Shown: positions 50,648 to 60,051, numbered from the stretch's first letter. The stretch: DNA of 64,000 nt from Candidatus Campbellbacteria bacterium (GCA_002698305.1 NZWR01000003.1:10794-74793); one strand, 5' to 3'. Notes: generated by a model not told the origin, from the letters alone. A program made the numbers and translations.

Positions 50648-51184
50648 ATGAAAAATGAATATCCAGACACGCTAGGCGATCTCATATCTAAGGTAAAAGA
50701 GATTGAAGAAATTAGGAACCCGACGCAATATAGTTTGTATGCGGTAAAGAATAATCTTCCAGCCATGCCCCATCTAACATATGCTCAGGAAAAAAAGAGT
50801 CGTGATGATATATGGAAGCTTATGTTTCCATATATTAAAAAAGACAACACATCTCGTCCGTTTACTGGGGTTAATACTCAGGTACATGAACCTTCTAAAC
50901 AAAAAAATCAGCATGAAGACAGTGTACCCAAGAAGCCAGTAACCATTGCCACGCAAAAAACTGATGATTTAGGATATTTAACCCAGTACTGGCTTGTCAC
51001 TAAAATTCGTAATGAGAAGTTTACCAAAAACAGATTGACCTATCTCAAGTTTGCTCCGATGTTTAGTGATTGGCCTAATAACCCAGAACAATACTATGAA
51101 TATTGGATTGGTTGGGACAGTTTTTTCAACTCACCGATAAAAGAACTGAAAAGACTGCTTCTTAATGGTGAATTGGTAGACTAA
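50648..51184 (+). CDS. hypothetical protein
   Basis: 178 aa. C-terminal WPNNPEQYYEYWIGWDSFF resembles a short Trp-rich repeat seen in some DNA-associated proteins. Very tentative. Confidence 0.5.
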   Translation: MKNEYPDTLGDLISKVKEIEEIRNPTQYSLYAVKNNLPAMPHLTYAQEKKSRDDIWKLMFPYIKKDNTSRPFTGVNTQVHEPSKQKNQHEDSVPKKPVTIATQKTDDLGYLTQYWLVTKIRNEKFTKNRLTYLKFAPMFSDWPNNPEQYYEYWIGWDSFFNSPIKELKRLLLNGELVD

Positions 51185-51306
51185 AATAAGTAGGAGTGCT
51201 CTATAGTACACAAATACCCAGACAATAGTTTGGGTATTTTATTGTGTGTTCAGGGAGCGTATAGATTATTGCAAAGATAAACTTAACGCAAAGTTTCTAT
51301 TGTAGA

Positions 51307-51346
51307 AATGTAAAAGATCTAGGCTTTTGCCTAGATCTTTTACATT
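51307..51346 (-). terminator. 18-bp hairpin immediately downstream of tRNA-Pro
   Basis: AATGTAAAAGATCTAGGC-tttt-GCCTAGATCTTTTACATT. Confidence 0.65.
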
Positions 51347-51348
51347 TG

Positions 51349-51421
51349 TCGGGGAGCCGGGATTCGAACCCGGAGTCACTCGTACCCAAAACGAGCATGT
51401 TAGCCGTTACACCACACCCCG
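51349..51421 (-). tRNA. tRNA-Pro (anticodon UGG), no encoded CCA
   Basis: Manual cloverleaf on the minus strand: CGGGGTG acceptor with C1:G72, anticodon arm CTCGT-TTTGGGT-ACGAG, T-arm CCGGG-TTCGAAT-CCCGG. One U:U mismatch in the acceptor stem. Confidence 0.85.
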
Positions 51422-51497
51422 ATAACACAGCTATAGTAGCATAATATTGCTTTTGGGCAATAAATACCGGTCATGTGGTGTGTGCTATGATATCTGT

Positions 51498-51965
51498 ATG
51501 AATGTAAGCCCTCCTTATAAATATACTCCAGGATACATTATGCTTCCGCTAGAGCAGGACATACAAGGCCTTAATGATCAAATTACTCTTTTTGGTGATA
51601 CTTACACTCTGAAAAAAGAGTTTCACGTTACCTTGATCTATGCTGGTTATTTGTGCTCTCAATACTCTAGCATTAATGAGGAGAAGATTCTTCGGGTATT
51701 TAACAAATTTGTGGTACATAATGGGGTAGAAGAAGTGACCTATTTCCCAGAGTATCGTCTCGTAACTCACCCAGATGGAAGGAAAAGTATTATTCAAAAG
51801 GTTGAGATTGAAAACTTTAATGAATTATATGAAATACTTTCAGACAAGCTAGGGATGGTTATTCCAAAGCCCGTGACGCATATAACTATTTACGTCAATA
51901 CAGGCCAGGGGATTGCGGTTGAGACGGAGGATAAGTTCAAAAAAAGCTTTGAACTACGTGTATAA
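51498..51965 (+). CDS. 2H phosphoesterase superfamily protein (LigT / 2'-5' RNA ligase-like)
   Basis: Two H-x-T-x motifs, FHVTLIY and THITIY. Start at ATG 51498, with TGcTATGAT 6 nt upstream. Confidence 0.65.
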   Translation: MNVSPPYKYTPGYIMLPLEQDIQGLNDQITLFGDTYTLKKEFHVTLIYAGYLCSQYSSINEEKILRVFNKFVVHNGVEEVTYFPEYRLVTHPDGRKSIIQKVEIENFNELYEILSDKLGMVIPKPVTHITIYVNTGQGIAVETEDKFKKSFELRV

Positions 51966-52004
51966 TACGTTTCACAGTTTCATGAATATATGCTTAACAG
52001 GCGA

Positions 52005-52579
52005 TGTTTCATATGAAACATCATTTACTGGTTGCATGAATTAAAAAAACAACATTCTTTATCTAGGTTTAGAAATTAGGTAATATTCTCTATTCTTCTG
52101 ATTCTATGTTTTTTGTTTTGCCTGTCGATATATACAACATAAAGATCAATTTGTGTTTCATATGAAACTCCATGCTTTTTGATATAAGCTAGCATAGTTT
52201 TTTTGAATTTCTGGATTTTCTTTGCATTAAAGTTTTCTGCTGGGTTATACAATGTTTCATATGAAACATTCGCATTGGTGCACTGGATGCTTTTAACTTC
52301 TATAAAATGTATACGATCATCTTTTTGAGCAACGATATCGATTTCACCTATTGGAATGGTAAAGTTTCTCTCTATAAGGTAAAATCCTGATTTAGAGAGG
52401 TATTCACAGCAAATTTCCTCACCTTTTTCTCCTATTTTTTGAGTGCGCGACGTGAAAACCTTCATAGTAGTAGTATAACAGAGTATGAGCAGTTTTTAGT
52501 TATATATGTTTCATATGAAACATATATAATTTTATAATAGTGTTTCATAAGTTTTGGTATGTGTATTTCACGTGAAACC
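52005..52579. repeat. cluster of five parS-like 16-bp palindromes
   Basis: TGTTTCATATGAAACA at 52005-52020, 52253-52268 and 52507-52522. TGTTTCATATGAAACT at 52154-52169. TATTTCACGTGAAACC at 52564-52579. Canonical parS is TGTTNCACGTGAAACA. Confidence 0.55.
52076..52465 (-). CDS. yraN: YraN-family (UPF0102) endonuclease-like protein
   Basis: GEKGEEICCEYLSKSGFYLIERNFTIPIGEIDIVAQKDDRIHFIEVKS. TATACT lies 6 nt upstream of the ATG. Confidence 0.8.
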   Translation of the reverse strand: MKVFTSRTQKIGEKGEEICCEYLSKSGFYLIERNFTIPIGEIDIVAQKDDRIHFIEVKSIQCTNANVSYETLYNPAENFNAKKIQKFKKTMLAYIKKHGVSYETQIDLYVVYIDRQNKKHRIRRIENIT

Positions 52580-52854
52580 ATATCGTATATAGCTATTAGG
52601 GACTTTTCTTTAAAAAAGTCTTTTTTAAATTACTTTTTACTGTCCTTTATAAAAAGCCATCTTTTTTGTCTTTTTCCCCGTTATGCCCAAAGTTATCCAC
52701 AGCTTGACTCACTTTAAAGAGTTGTTTCCTGAGACAGCTTATCTTTGTTAGATATTTGATCTGCTACTCTACTGGCCGTAAGACATATATCTTAAAATAA
52801 ATTGCGTCTTTTTTTATTATGTTGTGTGTTTCGTTTCCTGAGTTCAAAAAGTGC

Positions 52855-52882
52855 TTGATATTTGTGTAATTGTGCATATACT
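52855..52882 (+). promoter_or_regulatory. promoter of tRNA-Arg
   Basis: TTGATA (52855-52860), 16 nt, TATACT (52877-52882), about 27 nt before the tRNA 5' end. Confidence 0.5.
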
Positions 52883-52908
52883 TTAGTCAGCTTATATAAA
52901 AAAGCATC

Positions 52909-52980
52909 TCCACCTGTGGTGAAATGGATATCACAACGGTCTTCGGAACCGTTATTCCAGGTTCGAGTCCTGGCGGGTGG
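52909..52980 (+). tRNA. tRNA-Arg (anticodon UCG), no encoded CCA
   Basis: Manual cloverleaf: acceptor CCACCTG/CGGGTGG (one G:U), D-arm GTGA-AATGGATA-TCAC, anticodon arm ACGGT-CTTCGGA-ACCGT, 4-nt variable loop, T-arm CCAGG-TTCGAGT-CCTGG. Confidence 0.8.
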
Positions 52981-53127
52981 ACATATTCGAAAAAGTAACA
53001 AATACAATGTATTTGTTACTTTTTTAGAGCCTAAGACTCTTTACAGAAAAGGCGTTTGAATTAATACCTCGGGCTAGTTATTTTGTTTTTCTCAAAAAAA
53101 GCTATATTAAATAAAAACAAAGACATA

Positions 53128-53688
53128 ATGAATAAAGATGTTATACATTACCAAGAGTTTCAAGCCATCGTTGATGTTTTGAAAAAGGGATATCATTATT
53201 ATGGCATGACCGATGAATTGGTGTCTTTTCTGGAAAAGAATATTCAAGCTCCTCTTTCAGGTATTAATGTGAGCAATCACAACCTGCCGCTACCAAAAGC
53301 GGATAAAAAAAGAACACGAAATGTTGTTGCCAAGGTGCCGCTGGGTCCATATATGTTTCACGTTGTAGTAACTGTTTGGAACGAAACAAGTAGCGGGTCT
53401 CCTATTCATTGCCATCCTAAATTTACGGCATATATTGCGCTTAAAGGTGAAGCTGAAGTTTATCCATGTACCATTGTAGATGGTGCGAGAGGCGTTGCAC
53501 AAAGCAATTCCGAACCAATAAAGATGTGCAAAGGGAAGACCTTTTTCGGAATAGGCACTGCATTAGCAAAGGGTAATTTCCCACATAAAATCGGGAAAGT
53601 TAGTAAAGGTACGATACTCCTACATATATACTCAGCAAATGCAGAGTTGTGTGATCATTATAAAGAGATTAGCCATGCTAAACCATAG
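53128..53688 (+). CDS. cupin-fold protein, cysteine-dioxygenase-type motif
   Basis: GSPIHCHPKFTAYIALKGEAEV resembles the SPIHDH cupin motif of CDO-type proteins. Start at ATG 53128. Confidence 0.45.
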   Translation: MNKDVIHYQEFQAIVDVLKKGYHYYGMTDELVSFLEKNIQAPLSGINVSNHNLPLPKADKKRTRNVVAKVPLGPYMFHVVVTVWNETSSGSPIHCHPKFTAYIALKGEAEVYPCTIVDGARGVAQSNSEPIKMCKGKTFFGIGTALAKGNFPHKIGKVSKGTILLHIYSANAELCDHYKEISHAKP

Positions 53689-53775
53689 AACACAAAGACT
53701 TGTTTAAAAACAGGTCTTTTCTCTTGAGATTAGTACATTTTATTTTATACTAGTAAAAATTCAAAAAACATAATT

Positions 53776-54453
53776 ATGCCTACACTAGTCATGCCCACTC
53801 AGGGTGATATCGATTTTATGCATGCCGAACTCCTTTTTAATGGTTTTCGGCAGCTATCAGACCAGGAACTTGATCGTACACGTGAACGCCTTGGTATTGT
53901 TATTCCATCTGTCCAGCTTCTGCACGAGAGGGTGTATTCTTTTTCTGCCAATAAGCGAGAAGCTTTGGTTATTCTCAAAACCATGACAGATGACGTTCCT
54001 GAGATACAGCGTTATTCATCATGGGTGATGATCCTCGAAGGAGATAGAAGAGTATTTGAACGAGCAAAATTCATACGCACATCTCGCTTTGTTCCCAGGT
54101 TTATGGCGTGGGCTCGCATTGTTAAGTTGATGGTTGAATATTGGCCTTTGTGCCCAGAAGACCGTGACTTTATGTTACTTGCTGAAAAAATGGATGCTGA
54201 TGGTGATAAAACCCAAAAACACTTTTTCATTTGTCCTAAAATTGAAAGACATCCAGAGAACCGTGCTTTGGTGATGGATATGGAGCAAGTGCTCAAAGAG
54301 CATTGGTCAAGAGACGAAGAATGGTTTTATAAAGAGTACTGGAATAAAAGGAAGCACTATCAAAAGAGTCTTGAAAATCAAGGCAGAAAAATAGGGGCTG
54401 CACGCGAATCACGCAAGGTGATAAACGTATTACGACCTGAAAATGTAAAATAA
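53776..54453 (+). CDS. hypothetical protein
   Basis: 225-aa ORF with its own terminator. No recognisable motif. Confidence 0.5.
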   Translation: MPTLVMPTQGDIDFMHAELLFNGFRQLSDQELDRTRERLGIVIPSVQLLHERVYSFSANKREALVILKTMTDDVPEIQRYSSWVMILEGDRRVFERAKFIRTSRFVPRFMAWARIVKLMVEYWPLCPEDRDFMLLAEKMDADGDKTQKHFFICPKIERHPENRALVMDMEQVLKEHWSRDEEWFYKEYWNKRKHYQKSLENQGRKIGAARESRKVINVLRPENVK

Positions 54454-54454
54454 C

Positions 54455-54488
54455 AAAACCCCGACATGATTAATCATGTCGGGGTTTT
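54455..54488 (+). terminator. terminator
   Basis: AAAACCCCGACATGATT/AATCATGTCGGGGTTTT 17-bp hairpin. Confidence 0.8.
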
Positions 54489-54544
54489 CAAATTACTCTT
54501 CGATATTATCTTGCTGAAAAGAAACAAGCTCATATACTACAACT

Positions 54545-56044
54545 ATGAAAAGGATTACTCCAAAAAATATACCAAAGGGGGTGCGCTGGGTTATTGACCA
54601 ACTCCAGAGTGCAGGACATGAGGCTTTTATCGTTGGGGGTTGCGTTCGAGATATGATTATCGGCCGTGAGCCAAACGATTGGGATGTTACAACAAATGCT
54701 GTTCCTGATGAAATTATTAAGGTATTTGAAAAAACTGATAGGCGAGTAGTCTACGAAAATAATTTCGGTACGGTGGGTATCGTAAATAAAGAATTAGAAA
54801 AAGAAGATCCAGCTTATGAAATTGAGATAACCCCGTACCGAACAGAGGGTGACTACTCGGATAACCGTAGGCCTGATCAGGTTTCCTTTAGTACAGAAAT
54901 TACAGAAGACCTGATGAGGCGTGACTTTACCATTAACGCGATGGCCTATGATCCTACTCGTGAGCTCTTGGTTGATGAATACGGAGGAGAGCGTGATATT
55001 GAAAAAGGTGTCATTAGGACAGTTGGAAATCCTGACGAGCGATTTTCCGAGGACGCGCTTCGCATTATGCGTGCTGTCCGCTTTTCAGCGCAGCTTGGTT
55101 TTGTTTGCGGAGAAGAGACAATGCAAGCAATACGAAATCACGCTAAACGATTACAAAATATCTCGGCCGAACGGATTCGTGATGAGTTTATTAAAATTGT
55201 TGATGCTCCGTATGCGATGGATGGCATTACGAGCCTTCATACACTTGGCATGTTAAAGTATATTGTTCCTGAACTTGAAGAGGGTATCGATTGCGAGCAA
55301 GGAGGCATTCACTCATTTGACGTGTGGACCCATAATCTAAAATCACTTGAACATGGAACCCATAAAAACTATCCATTCTATGTGAAACTTGCCGCATTGT
55401 TTCATGATATTGGGAAACCTGCGACTCGCCGCAAGGCAAATGGGCGTGGAAGCAAGGAGTGGACCTTTTATGGTCACGAGGTTGTTGGGGCACGTATGGC
55501 ACGTGACATTATGCAGCGCCTAAAATTTCCGAAAGACACTATTGAAAAAGTATATAAACTTGTCCGGTACCATATGTTTTTTTCTGACCCTGATGCGATT
55601 ACCTTATCAGCAGTACGGCGAATGGTAAAAAATGTCGGTAAGGATATGATTTGGGATTTGATGGATCTTCGTACCTGTGACCGTATTGGAACAGGGAGAC
55701 CTAAAGAAAAACCATATCGCCTGCGTAAATATCATGCCATGATTGAAGAGGTGATACGTGATCCCATTTCCGTTGGTATGCTGAAGATTAATGGTGACAT
55801 TATGATTGGTGAAATGGGGTTACACCCTGGACCAAAAATGGGCTGGGTACTACATGCGTTATTAGAGGAAGTGCTTGATGATCCAACTAGAAATACAAGA
55901 GAGTATCTTGAACAACGTACGCGTGAGCTCTATGAATTACCAGACCAAGAAATAAGGAAGCTTGGCGAAGCAGGGAAGGACAAAAAAGAAGAAGAAGAGT
56001 TTCAGGCAGTGAAAAAGCTGCACCGCAAACACAAGGTAGGTTAA
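54545..56044 (+). CDS. cca: CCA-adding tRNA nucleotidyltransferase with HD domain
   Basis: GGCVRD...DWDVTT head domain, RRDFTINAMA, and HD region LFHDIGKP. TATACT lies 6 nt upstream of the ATG. Confidence 0.88.
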   Translation: MKRITPKNIPKGVRWVIDQLQSAGHEAFIVGGCVRDMIIGREPNDWDVTTNAVPDEIIKVFEKTDRRVVYENNFGTVGIVNKELEKEDPAYEIEITPYRTEGDYSDNRRPDQVSFSTEITEDLMRRDFTINAMAYDPTRELLVDEYGGERDIEKGVIRTVGNPDERFSEDALRIMRAVRFSAQLGFVCGEETMQAIRNHAKRLQNISAERIRDEFIKIVDAPYAMDGITSLHTLGMLKYIVPELEEGIDCEQGGIHSFDVWTHNLKSLEHGTHKNYPFYVKLAALFHDIGKPATRRKANGRGSKEWTFYGHEVVGARMARDIMQRLKFPKDTIEKVYKLVRYHMFFSDPDAITLSAVRRMVKNVGKDMIWDLMDLRTCDRIGTGRPKEKPYRLRKYHAMIEEVIRDPISVGMLKINGDIMIGEMGLHPGPKMGWVLHALLEEVLDDPTRNTREYLEQRTRELYELPDQEIRKLGEAGKDKKEEEEFQAVKKLHRKHKVG

Positions 56045-56068
56045 AGGCAGGATATATATCCTGCCTTT
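56043..56068. terminator. bidirectional terminator
   Basis: AAAGGCAGGATAT/ATATCCTGCCTTT palindrome. Confidence 0.75.
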
Positions 56069-56076
56069 GTGTGTAT

Positions 56077-56361
56077 TTAATTGAGATGTTTTTTATCTTT
56101 TTCTTGAATAAGGTTATTCATTTTATCCAAAAATGGACCCATCATGCTAGAAAATTTTCGTAGCTGTGAATTTTTAATTTTTTGCTGATCGATACTTTTA
56201 TAAATGAGAGTTTCGCCAAATACATCCAGTTTTTGAAAGATTGTTTCAAATTCTGCGAAGCTTACTTTTGATTCATCCATAAGAACTTTTTGTAGCTCGG
56301 AATCAAAGATGGTAATAGATTTCCGCTTCTTGAGCATTATCTTCTTTATCTCATGATGCAT
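56077..56361 (-). CDS. hypothetical protein (94 aa)
   Basis: ORF only. Confidence 0.4.
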   Translation of the reverse strand: MHHEIKKIMLKKRKSITIFDSELQKVLMDESKVSFAEFETIFQKLDVFGETLIYKSIDQQKIKNSQLRKFSSMMGPFLDKMNNLIQEKDKKHLN

Positions 56362-56396
56362 CTTTGTGAAATCAGAAATCGCATTAAATTGATTTT

Positions 56397-56612
56397 TTAA
56401 ATGCTCACGTGGGTGTTCTGCTCGCCATATTTTTTCTTAATATTTTCAAGTATTTCGGGCCAAATATCATCTAATTTTATCTGGGCATGGGTGTAGCCTT
56501 CAGAGATAGGAATAGCCTCTAGTCCAGAAACGATATCAAGTAAAGCATGGTATTCTGCTTCGCTAGCCTCATAGCCTTTTTGATACCATTGGTAAATTTC
56601 ATTATCGTCCAT
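56397..56612 (-). CDS. hypothetical protein (71 aa)
   Basis: ORF only. Confidence 0.4.
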   Translation of the reverse strand: MDDNEIYQWYQKGYEASEAEYHALLDIVSGLEAIPISEGYTHAQIKLDDIWPEILENIKKKYGEQNTHVSI

Positions 56613-56678
56613 GACTGTATGTGTTTTTCTTATTAAACCATAAAATAAATAAAAAGCAGAACAATGTTCCGCTGGTCT

Positions 56679-56864
56679 TTATTTCATTAATTTATGTAGC
56701 CACGCAATAATAAGGAATCCAACCCCAGTTAATGCCGGAGCAGGGAGGCTCATATGGATACCGATTACAATCATACCAATTGCAATCAATATAAGAACGA
56801 CCGTAAGAAGGTTAAAGAGAGTGTGTTTTTTCATAGGATGTTTGTTAGCTGCTAATACTGCCAT
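56679..56864 (-). CDS. small two-TM membrane protein (61 aa)
   Basis: Two hydrophobic helices, LFNLLTVVLILIAIGMIVIGI and ALTGVGFLIIAWL. Confidence 0.45.
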   Translation of the reverse strand: MAVLAANKHPMKKHTLFNLLTVVLILIAIGMIVIGIHMSLPAPALTGVGFLIIAWLHKLMK

Positions 56865-56936
56865 TATACCATTACTAAAAATAAGGTATTAAAAAAGTCC
56901 GAGAAATTCCCGGACTAGTTATAAAAATTTTTAGTG

Positions 56937-57365
56937 TTAACGATCTTCATCGATACCTTTCTCTGTTTTTCGTGAGCAAAGTAAAATTCCACTTATGGCG
57001 ATGAGGCATAGAGATATAAATAAACCAGCAAGACTTAATCCATTTGGGAGCTTATCACCACTAGGGATTCTTATATATGATGGCTCTTTTATGTCAGCAC
57101 CTACGTCGCCACCTTGAAAATTGAAAGTAGAGAATTCATGAAAATTTAATTCCGGTATTTCCACAACCTCTTCCGTATCCACAACACCATCGCCGTCATT
57201 GTTGATATCGTAATAGACAAGTTCACCGTGATGTAGTTTTGGGTTTCCGTTCCCATCAAGTCCGCGTTGATAATGTAAAAGGTTGTCACACTCTTTGCTT
57301 TGAATTTCTTGGGCAAATGTAAAAACTGTAAAAAGACAGCTTAAAAAGAAAAGTAATGTTTTCAT
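56937..57365 (-). CDS. secreted protein with Ca-binding-like DxDxDG motif and C-terminal anchor resembling a sorting signal
   Basis: Signal MKTLLFFLSCLFTVFTFAQE, DINNDGDGVVD, C-terminus KLPNGLSLAGLFISLCLIAISGILLCSRK. Confidence 0.55.
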   Translation of the reverse strand: MKTLLFFLSCLFTVFTFAQEIQSKECDNLLHYQRGLDGNGNPKLHHGELVYYDINNDGDGVVDTEEVVEIPELNFHEFSTFNFQGGDVGADIKEPSYIRIPSGDKLPNGLSLAGLFISLCLIAISGILLCSRKTEKGIDEDR

Positions 57366-57463
57366 GGTATGAAGTTTTTAATAGTGAGTATTATATTTAA
57401 ATAAAATTTAACATATTTAAATATTTTGTCAAACCAAAACACAGCTTACTTTGACTGTGTTTT

Positions 57464-58246
57464 TTACGATAATGTGATTCCGACCGGGCAATGATCTGAT
57501 CCGGTAATGTGATCATAGATTGTCGCATCCTGTATCTTCTTCTTTAGTTTTTGAGATGTAAATACATAATCGATTCTCCATCCAACATTACGTGCTCGGG
57601 CTGCGGCACGGTATGACCACCAGGTGTATCGTATTGTTTTGGGAAAGAGTACTCTAAAGGTGTCAATAAAACCAGCGTTAATAATGTTGGTAATACCTTC
57701 TCGCTCCTGATCGGTAAACCCGGCCGTCCCTGGTTTTTTCTCGGTCGTTCGGTTTGCATCAGGACGTGCGATATCAATATCGTAGTGTGCAGCGTTAAAG
57801 TCTCCACATACTACTATAGGTTTTTTCTTTTCAAGTTTTTTAAGGTGTTTGAGAAAAGCAGTGTCCCATTGTGTATGTCGCAACTCAAGTCGCGCCAAAT
57901 CAGGTTTTGAATTAGGGGTATAGACATTTACAACAATAAGGTCATCAAATTCAGCATTAATGATGCGCCCTTCGTTTTCTATGGGTGAGTCCTTCATTCC
58001 GTACCATACCTTCACTGGCTCTTTTCTTGAAAAAAGAGCGGTAGATGAATATCCTTTTTTTTCTGCACTGTGAAAATATTGATGCGGATAATCTGGAAAC
58101 AATGAACCATCTATTTGTTCAGGTTGAGCTTTTGTTTCCTGCAGACAAAAAACATCTGGTTGCTCTGTTTTATTGATAAATTCAAGTGCGCCTGGTTTTT
58201 TAACCCATGCGCGAAATCCGTTAACGTTCCATGAGATGATTTTCAT
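57464..58246 (-). CDS. xth: exodeoxyribonuclease III (AP endonuclease)
   Basis: MKIISWNVNGFRA, LQETK, GDFN, SDHCP. Confidence 0.93.
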   Translation of the reverse strand: MKIISWNVNGFRAWVKKPGALEFINKTEQPDVFCLQETKAQPEQIDGSLFPDYPHQYFHSAEKKGYSSTALFSRKEPVKVWYGMKDSPIENEGRIINAEFDDLIVVNVYTPNSKPDLARLELRHTQWDTAFLKHLKKLEKKKPIVVCGDFNAAHYDIDIARPDANRTTEKKPGTAGFTDQEREGITNIINAGFIDTFRVLFPKTIRYTWWSYRAAARARNVGWRIDYVFTSQKLKKKIQDATIYDHITGSDHCPVGITLS

Positions 58247-58326
58247 ATGAACTAGTGTAGCAGATTTCTATTCGGTAATGGTGTAAATGTGATAGGATTG
58301 AGTCAAACAAACGTAAAAAAAGAATT

Positions 58327-59409
58327 ATGAAAAATACAAAATCTCCTCCAGAAAGAGGTAAAAGACTACTGCCGATCTTAAGAAAAAGGGTTAATAAGCA
58401 TCTTAAACAGCCTCATATCAAGAAGAATGAATGGCTAGAAAAAACCGAGCTGTACTCAAAAGCGGTTATTATGTTTAGTGTATGGCTCGCTCCATTTATT
58501 TTATTATTTGTATATCAATTCTCAACATTTCAAGAGATAGCTCTTGGGGTAATTTCAGGAATTGGTATGGCGGGTGTTGGAATGAATGTTATGCATGATG
58601 CCAGTCACGGCGCATTTTCAAAAAAACCTTGGGTAAATAAACTGATGTCGTGGAGCATGTACCTGCTTGCAGGAAATGTCTATAACTGGAAAAAGCAGCA
58701 CGTAGAAATACATCATACTCATACTAATATTGATGGTATGGATGATGATATTGATACGAAAGGCTTGTTCCGTTTCAGTAAAAAACAGAAGTGGCGACCG
58801 CACCATAGGTTACAATGGCTCTATGCTGTCCCTGCTTATTGCTGCATGACATTATTATGGGTATTTGCCAAAGACAGAAATCAAATGAAACGCTATTTTA
58901 AACACGACAAGAGCATTCCAAAAAAAGAGCAAAGTAAACAGTTATGGATACTAAGAATAACCAAAGCAATGTATATATCTTTATGGCTCGTATTACCTTT
59001 GTTACTTTGGGAAAATTGGTTAAGCGTTGTTATTTTTTTTCTCAGCATGCATTTTATCTGTGGTTTAATATTGACAGTAGTTTTCCAGTTGGCACATGTG
59101 GTACCAAAGGCGCAGATGTATGATGATGACCACCTAATTGAAGATCAACTCAAACATCAACTGTTAACCAGTGTTAATTTTGGAACACAAAGTCGTCTTT
59201 TAAATTGGTATTTAGGTGGTTTAAATTTACAGAAAGAGCACCATGTATTTCCAAACAAGAATCACATACAATATCGAAAGATAAAATCTGTGGTTGCTGA
59301 TTTTTGCGACGAGATTAAAATTGAGTATACAGAGTATCGAACAATGTTCGCAGCTATCGTTGCTCATTTTAAACTTTTAATTCAGTTAGGGAATAAAAAC
59401 GTTGTTTAG
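58327..59409 (+). CDS. membrane fatty-acid/acyl-lipid desaturase
   Basis: Three His boxes: HDASHG, HVEIHHTH, QKEHHVFP (Q-type third box). Four TM helices. Confidence 0.8.
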   Translation: MKNTKSPPERGKRLLPILRKRVNKHLKQPHIKKNEWLEKTELYSKAVIMFSVWLAPFILLFVYQFSTFQEIALGVISGIGMAGVGMNVMHDASHGAFSKKPWVNKLMSWSMYLLAGNVYNWKKQHVEIHHTHTNIDGMDDDIDTKGLFRFSKKQKWRPHHRLQWLYAVPAYCCMTLLWVFAKDRNQMKRYFKHDKSIPKKEQSKQLWILRITKAMYISLWLVLPLLLWENWLSVVIFFLSMHFICGLILTVVFQLAHVVPKAQMYDDDHLIEDQLKHQLLTSVNFGTQSRLLNWYLGGLNLQKEHHVFPNKNHIQYRKIKSVVADFCDEIKIEYTEYRTMFAAIVAHFKLLIQLGNKNVV

Positions 59410-59532
59410 TATAAGTGAATATTTTAATTAAAACACTATCTTCTTTGAAGACGGTGTTTTTTTTGACAAAGAAAAATCGCAGGTTATGATAAGCATCAAA
59501 CACTATTAATTTAACACTAAAACTTTTTGCAC

Positions 59533-60051
59533 ATGCATAAGAATGAAATTAAAAAGACCATCAACTCACTTTTTCGTAACCCTCAATTTAATGACGAAGA
59601 GCGTATTCAATTTCTAGAAAATATGGAAGAGTCACTGCTTGCCAAGAATCTTCTGAAAAAAGATCTCAAAGAGCTACTTCAACTTACAATTGATAAGATT
59701 CATATACGCACTATCGAGCCAGTAATTGAACGACTAAAGAAAAATATTTCTCTAAGCGAAAGTCAGCGTATAGAAAAGCTAGAAAAAATTTTCTTGAAAC
59801 ATTCAGATATATCCCATGTTTCAGATAAAAAGAAAAAATTTATCGCTAACTTTGAGCATACGATATTAAATTTAAAAATAATATCAATCATTGAAAATGA
59901 AACGTATGATCCGTTTGAGAAAATTGAATACCTTGAAGAAATTCAAGATGAACAGGAGTATGGTGGCAAATTATGGAATGTAATTCAAAAGAAGATAGAT
60001 GCTATCGGTGTTCAATCTGATGCGCTTGATACTGTTGTCTTATTTTCCTGA
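59533..60051 (+). CDS. hypothetical helical protein
   Basis: ORF with a terminator. No motif recognised. Confidence 0.45.
   Translation: MHKNEIKKTINSLFRNPQFNDEERIQFLENMEESLLAKNLLKKDLKELLQLTIDKIHIRTIEPVIERLKKNISLSESQRIEKLEKIFLKHSDISHVSDKKKKFIANFEHTILNLKIISIIENETYDPFEKIEYLEEIQDEQEYGGKLWNVIQKKIDAIGVQSDALDTVVLFS

Noticed and set aside
52792-53007. 71-aa minus-strand ORF
   Set aside because: It overlaps the tRNA-Arg gene (52909-52980) and its promoter.
56077-56612. Adjacent 94-aa and 71-aa ORFs as a toxin-antitoxin pair
   Set aside because: There is no overlap or tight coupling (35-bp gap), and no recognisable toxin or antitoxin motif. Nothing supports it beyond the small size.
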